From contig MCFE01000523.1 of NCBI GenBank assembly GCA_002104905.1, forward strand, positions 1 through 62,592: a DNA stretch of 62,592 nt. The letters run 5' to 3'. A program made the translations under genes and the position numbers. Positions 60,405 through 62,592 of this stretch are shown piece after piece. The DNA comes from Basidiobolus meristosporus CBS 931.73 (taxonomy: Eukaryota > Fungi > Basidiobolomycota). Positions within the stretch are counted from its first letter, which is position 1. Each line of letters opens with the position of its first letter. The notes beneath the pieces are model-generated. The model ran no database searches. It was not told where the DNA came from and saw only the letters and a program-made list of their open reading frames with translations.

Positions 60405-62592
60405 GGGAGACAGTCACCAACAGGTGAAATCTTTATTTCAGTTGAAACAAAGAAGCCAGCGCTACTGTTGTAGCTTTGATACAAGAGTGTGTAGCTGAGG
60501 GGAATTTGTAGGTAAGTTAATAAGAAGTGATGATAGCTCTTCAGTGCTCAAGACACTGTTCAGTGGGAAGGGGGGTAGCAAGAGAGGTAAGAATGACTTG
60601 TGAACAACATTAATGAGGGGAATGTGATAAGGATTGATATTCATCATAAAGGGAGTGTGCTGCTGCAGATATTGCTGCCAAAGATCTGTCAAGTACTTCA
60701 GGTAGGCCAGCTTGGGTTTTTCTGACTGCAGAATAAAGTGAGCAAACTTCTTGACTTCAGGATCTCCAAGTATAGTTCTCCAGCAGGAGCCAGGTGTTGT
60801 GTGGTGTGTTCTCTTCCAGGCCTTAATCAGTGGGTTGTTGCAGTTGTGAAGTCTGAGGTATAATCTGGTTCTAAGGTAGAGAAGTCTGATCTTATAGGGC
60901 ATAAACCCAAAAGCACCAAGAATAGCATGTCTGTAGGGGCATTCAGGCAAATGAGGCACCAAGGAGGTAATGCACCAAACTGCAAACTTGTCAAGCTTAG
61001 TGCAGTCTCTAGAAGTAAGAGAGAGAAGTGGTAAGCCAAATTCCAGGACAGGGAAGACAAACTGCTTGAGTAGAAGGAGGCAGCTGGGAGCTGAAGTTGT
61101 AGGAGGAGTAACAGCCAACAGCTTGTGGAGTGCCTGTCTTGCAAGGATAATTCTCTTCTTCAGGTGTGCTCCAGAGTCTAGTCCAGTAGGAAGGAAAGGA
61201 AAGCCAAGATATGTAGCAGAAACCTGAGCAGGTAGAGTGGAGTTCTCCAAGTTGATGGGAGAGCCCAAAGGTACTGTCTTTGCAATGGAAAGCTGGAGAT
61301 TATTCTTCTGCAGATACTGGTGGATGGTCTGGGAATCTTGTTGCACATTGGAGGAGGATATTCTGATGTCATCAGCAAAGAGAGTAACCAGGCAGTCAGC
61401 TGAGAGTCTTGGGAAGTCATTCAGGAAGATGGCAAACAGTATAGGACCAAGCACAGAGCCTTGAACCACTCCATTAGGAACTGAGAACACAGCTGATTGC
61501 TCACTTGGGTGCAGAATTCTTGCTTGTGGATCCAGAAACAGAGACCTGACAAGGAGGGTGAGAGAGGTACTGGAGAAGCATTGCAACTTGGACCAAAGCA
61601 GATTTCTGTCAACTGAATCAAAGGCCTTAGTAATATCAAACAGAACAGAGGGATACTTGCACTGGAGAGAGTGATCTTGGCTAAGTATGACTGCATATTC
61701 CAAGGAGAGGCCAGGAACAAAGCCAAACTGTGCAGGATGAAACTTGAGGGAGTCAGAGTAGAGCTCCTGAGCAAGCAGAAGCTCAAACACCTTTCTGCAG
61801 GTGGGCAGCAGAGATATTGGCCTATAGGAGCTAGGATCCAGGTGCTTTCCTTTACCCTTGTACAGTGGCAGAACATTTGCAAAGGACCATTCCTCAGGAG
61901 TAGAAAGCTGGGCTGAGCATTGCTGAAACAGTGGAAGCAGAAGTGCAGACATGGCCTTGGTACTAGTCTTCAGAAGCTCATAAGAGATTGTGTCCACACC
62001 TGGAGCAGTAGAGTAGGGAAGCCTCTTGAGCACATTATGGATTCTCCTTTGATCAAGTGCAAGTGGGATGGGCAGAGTCTTGAAGTCAGGATGAAAGCCA
62101 GGAGTTGAGTACTGCTTTGTAGAGAAGAAGATGTTAGCCAGCTGTTCTGTTGAAGGTAACTTCCTGGAAGAGGGCCTCATTGCTCTGTAGAGTCTTGATA
62201 CTGTTCTTGTTATAGAGTTGGAAGATTGCAGAGGCAAAGAACTCATAATATGATCCCAGAGCTGAGTATGCAGAGTGTGGTGAATTGCCTTGGAGTGGTG
62301 TATTGCTGTCAGGAGGAGTTTCTCTGTTTTTGGGTTAGGGAAACTCAGGTAGCTTTGTTGCAGGGCTGAAACAATGGATTCCCATTTTCTTGAGGTAACA
62401 GCAGTAGTCTTGCAGGGCAGTGAGAGGGAGGCAGACACCAGAATCAGATGCTTCACAAAGAGCCAGGCATAGTTGAGATCATCTGGCAGAGAAAGTAGCA
62501 AACTGGCAAGCTTCAAGTAGTTCCCAAAGTCTTTCTTCTGATTCTTGGTAGCTTTGTGGGTGAGCACAGTAAGTTTGGCAGCTTCTTCTTCA
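60403..62592 (-). mobile_element. Non-LTR (LINE-like) retrotransposon 3' part; RT ORF 60462 to beyond the window edge, uninterrupted
   Basis: APGVDTI, ANVLPLYKGKG..SYRPISLL, QFGF, DITKAFDSV, GVVQGSVLGP, FADD and YLG are non-LTR RT domains 0-7. The frame stays open to base 62592. Confidence 0.95.

Noticed and set aside
1-62592. tRNA, rRNA or snRNA genes
   Set aside because: I saw no T-loop GTTCRA with a cloverleaf context and no rRNA signature. A tRNAscan-SE/Infernal run would be needed to exclude them formally.

Overview
This is fungal nuclear DNA with spliceosomal introns. An early-diverging lineage such as Basidiobolus is my unverified inference. The window has three compartments. (1) 1-10.7 kb is a CpG-depleted nest of transposons: the 5' end of a Ty1/copia element, a decayed CACTA/EnSpm transposase, and a 3.3-kb LTR element with near-identical LTRs and a non-gag/pol interior inserted into an older LTR. 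(2) 10.9-54 kb is gene-rich. It carries an alpha-arrestin, a cytochrome P450, RVS161, a RasGAP-like/VPS9-like/Sel1 protein, a small Kre9/Knh1-like secreted protein, a Scw1/Whi3-type RRM protein, a ZIP zinc transporter, a signal-peptide YcaC isochorismatase-family hydrolase and three near-identical KRE6/SKN1 paralogues (one inverted), with solo LTRs interspersed. (3) 54.6-62.6 kb is a disabled copia element with a same-family solo LTR in its integrase. Its gag is interrupted by a composite: a ~0.9-kb non-coding element, an 86-bp tandem array and a non-LTR RT ORF running off the window. The strongest leads are: the intact LINE ORF with zero CpG by my manual count; a 3' stem-loop terminus shared by the LINE and its non-coding neighbour; patchwork gene conversion among the KRE6 copies; the cargo-carrying non-autonomous LTR element; and hairpin-bounded micro-inversions in two LTR copies. 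All identities, counts and splice sites were read by eye and need computational confirmation.
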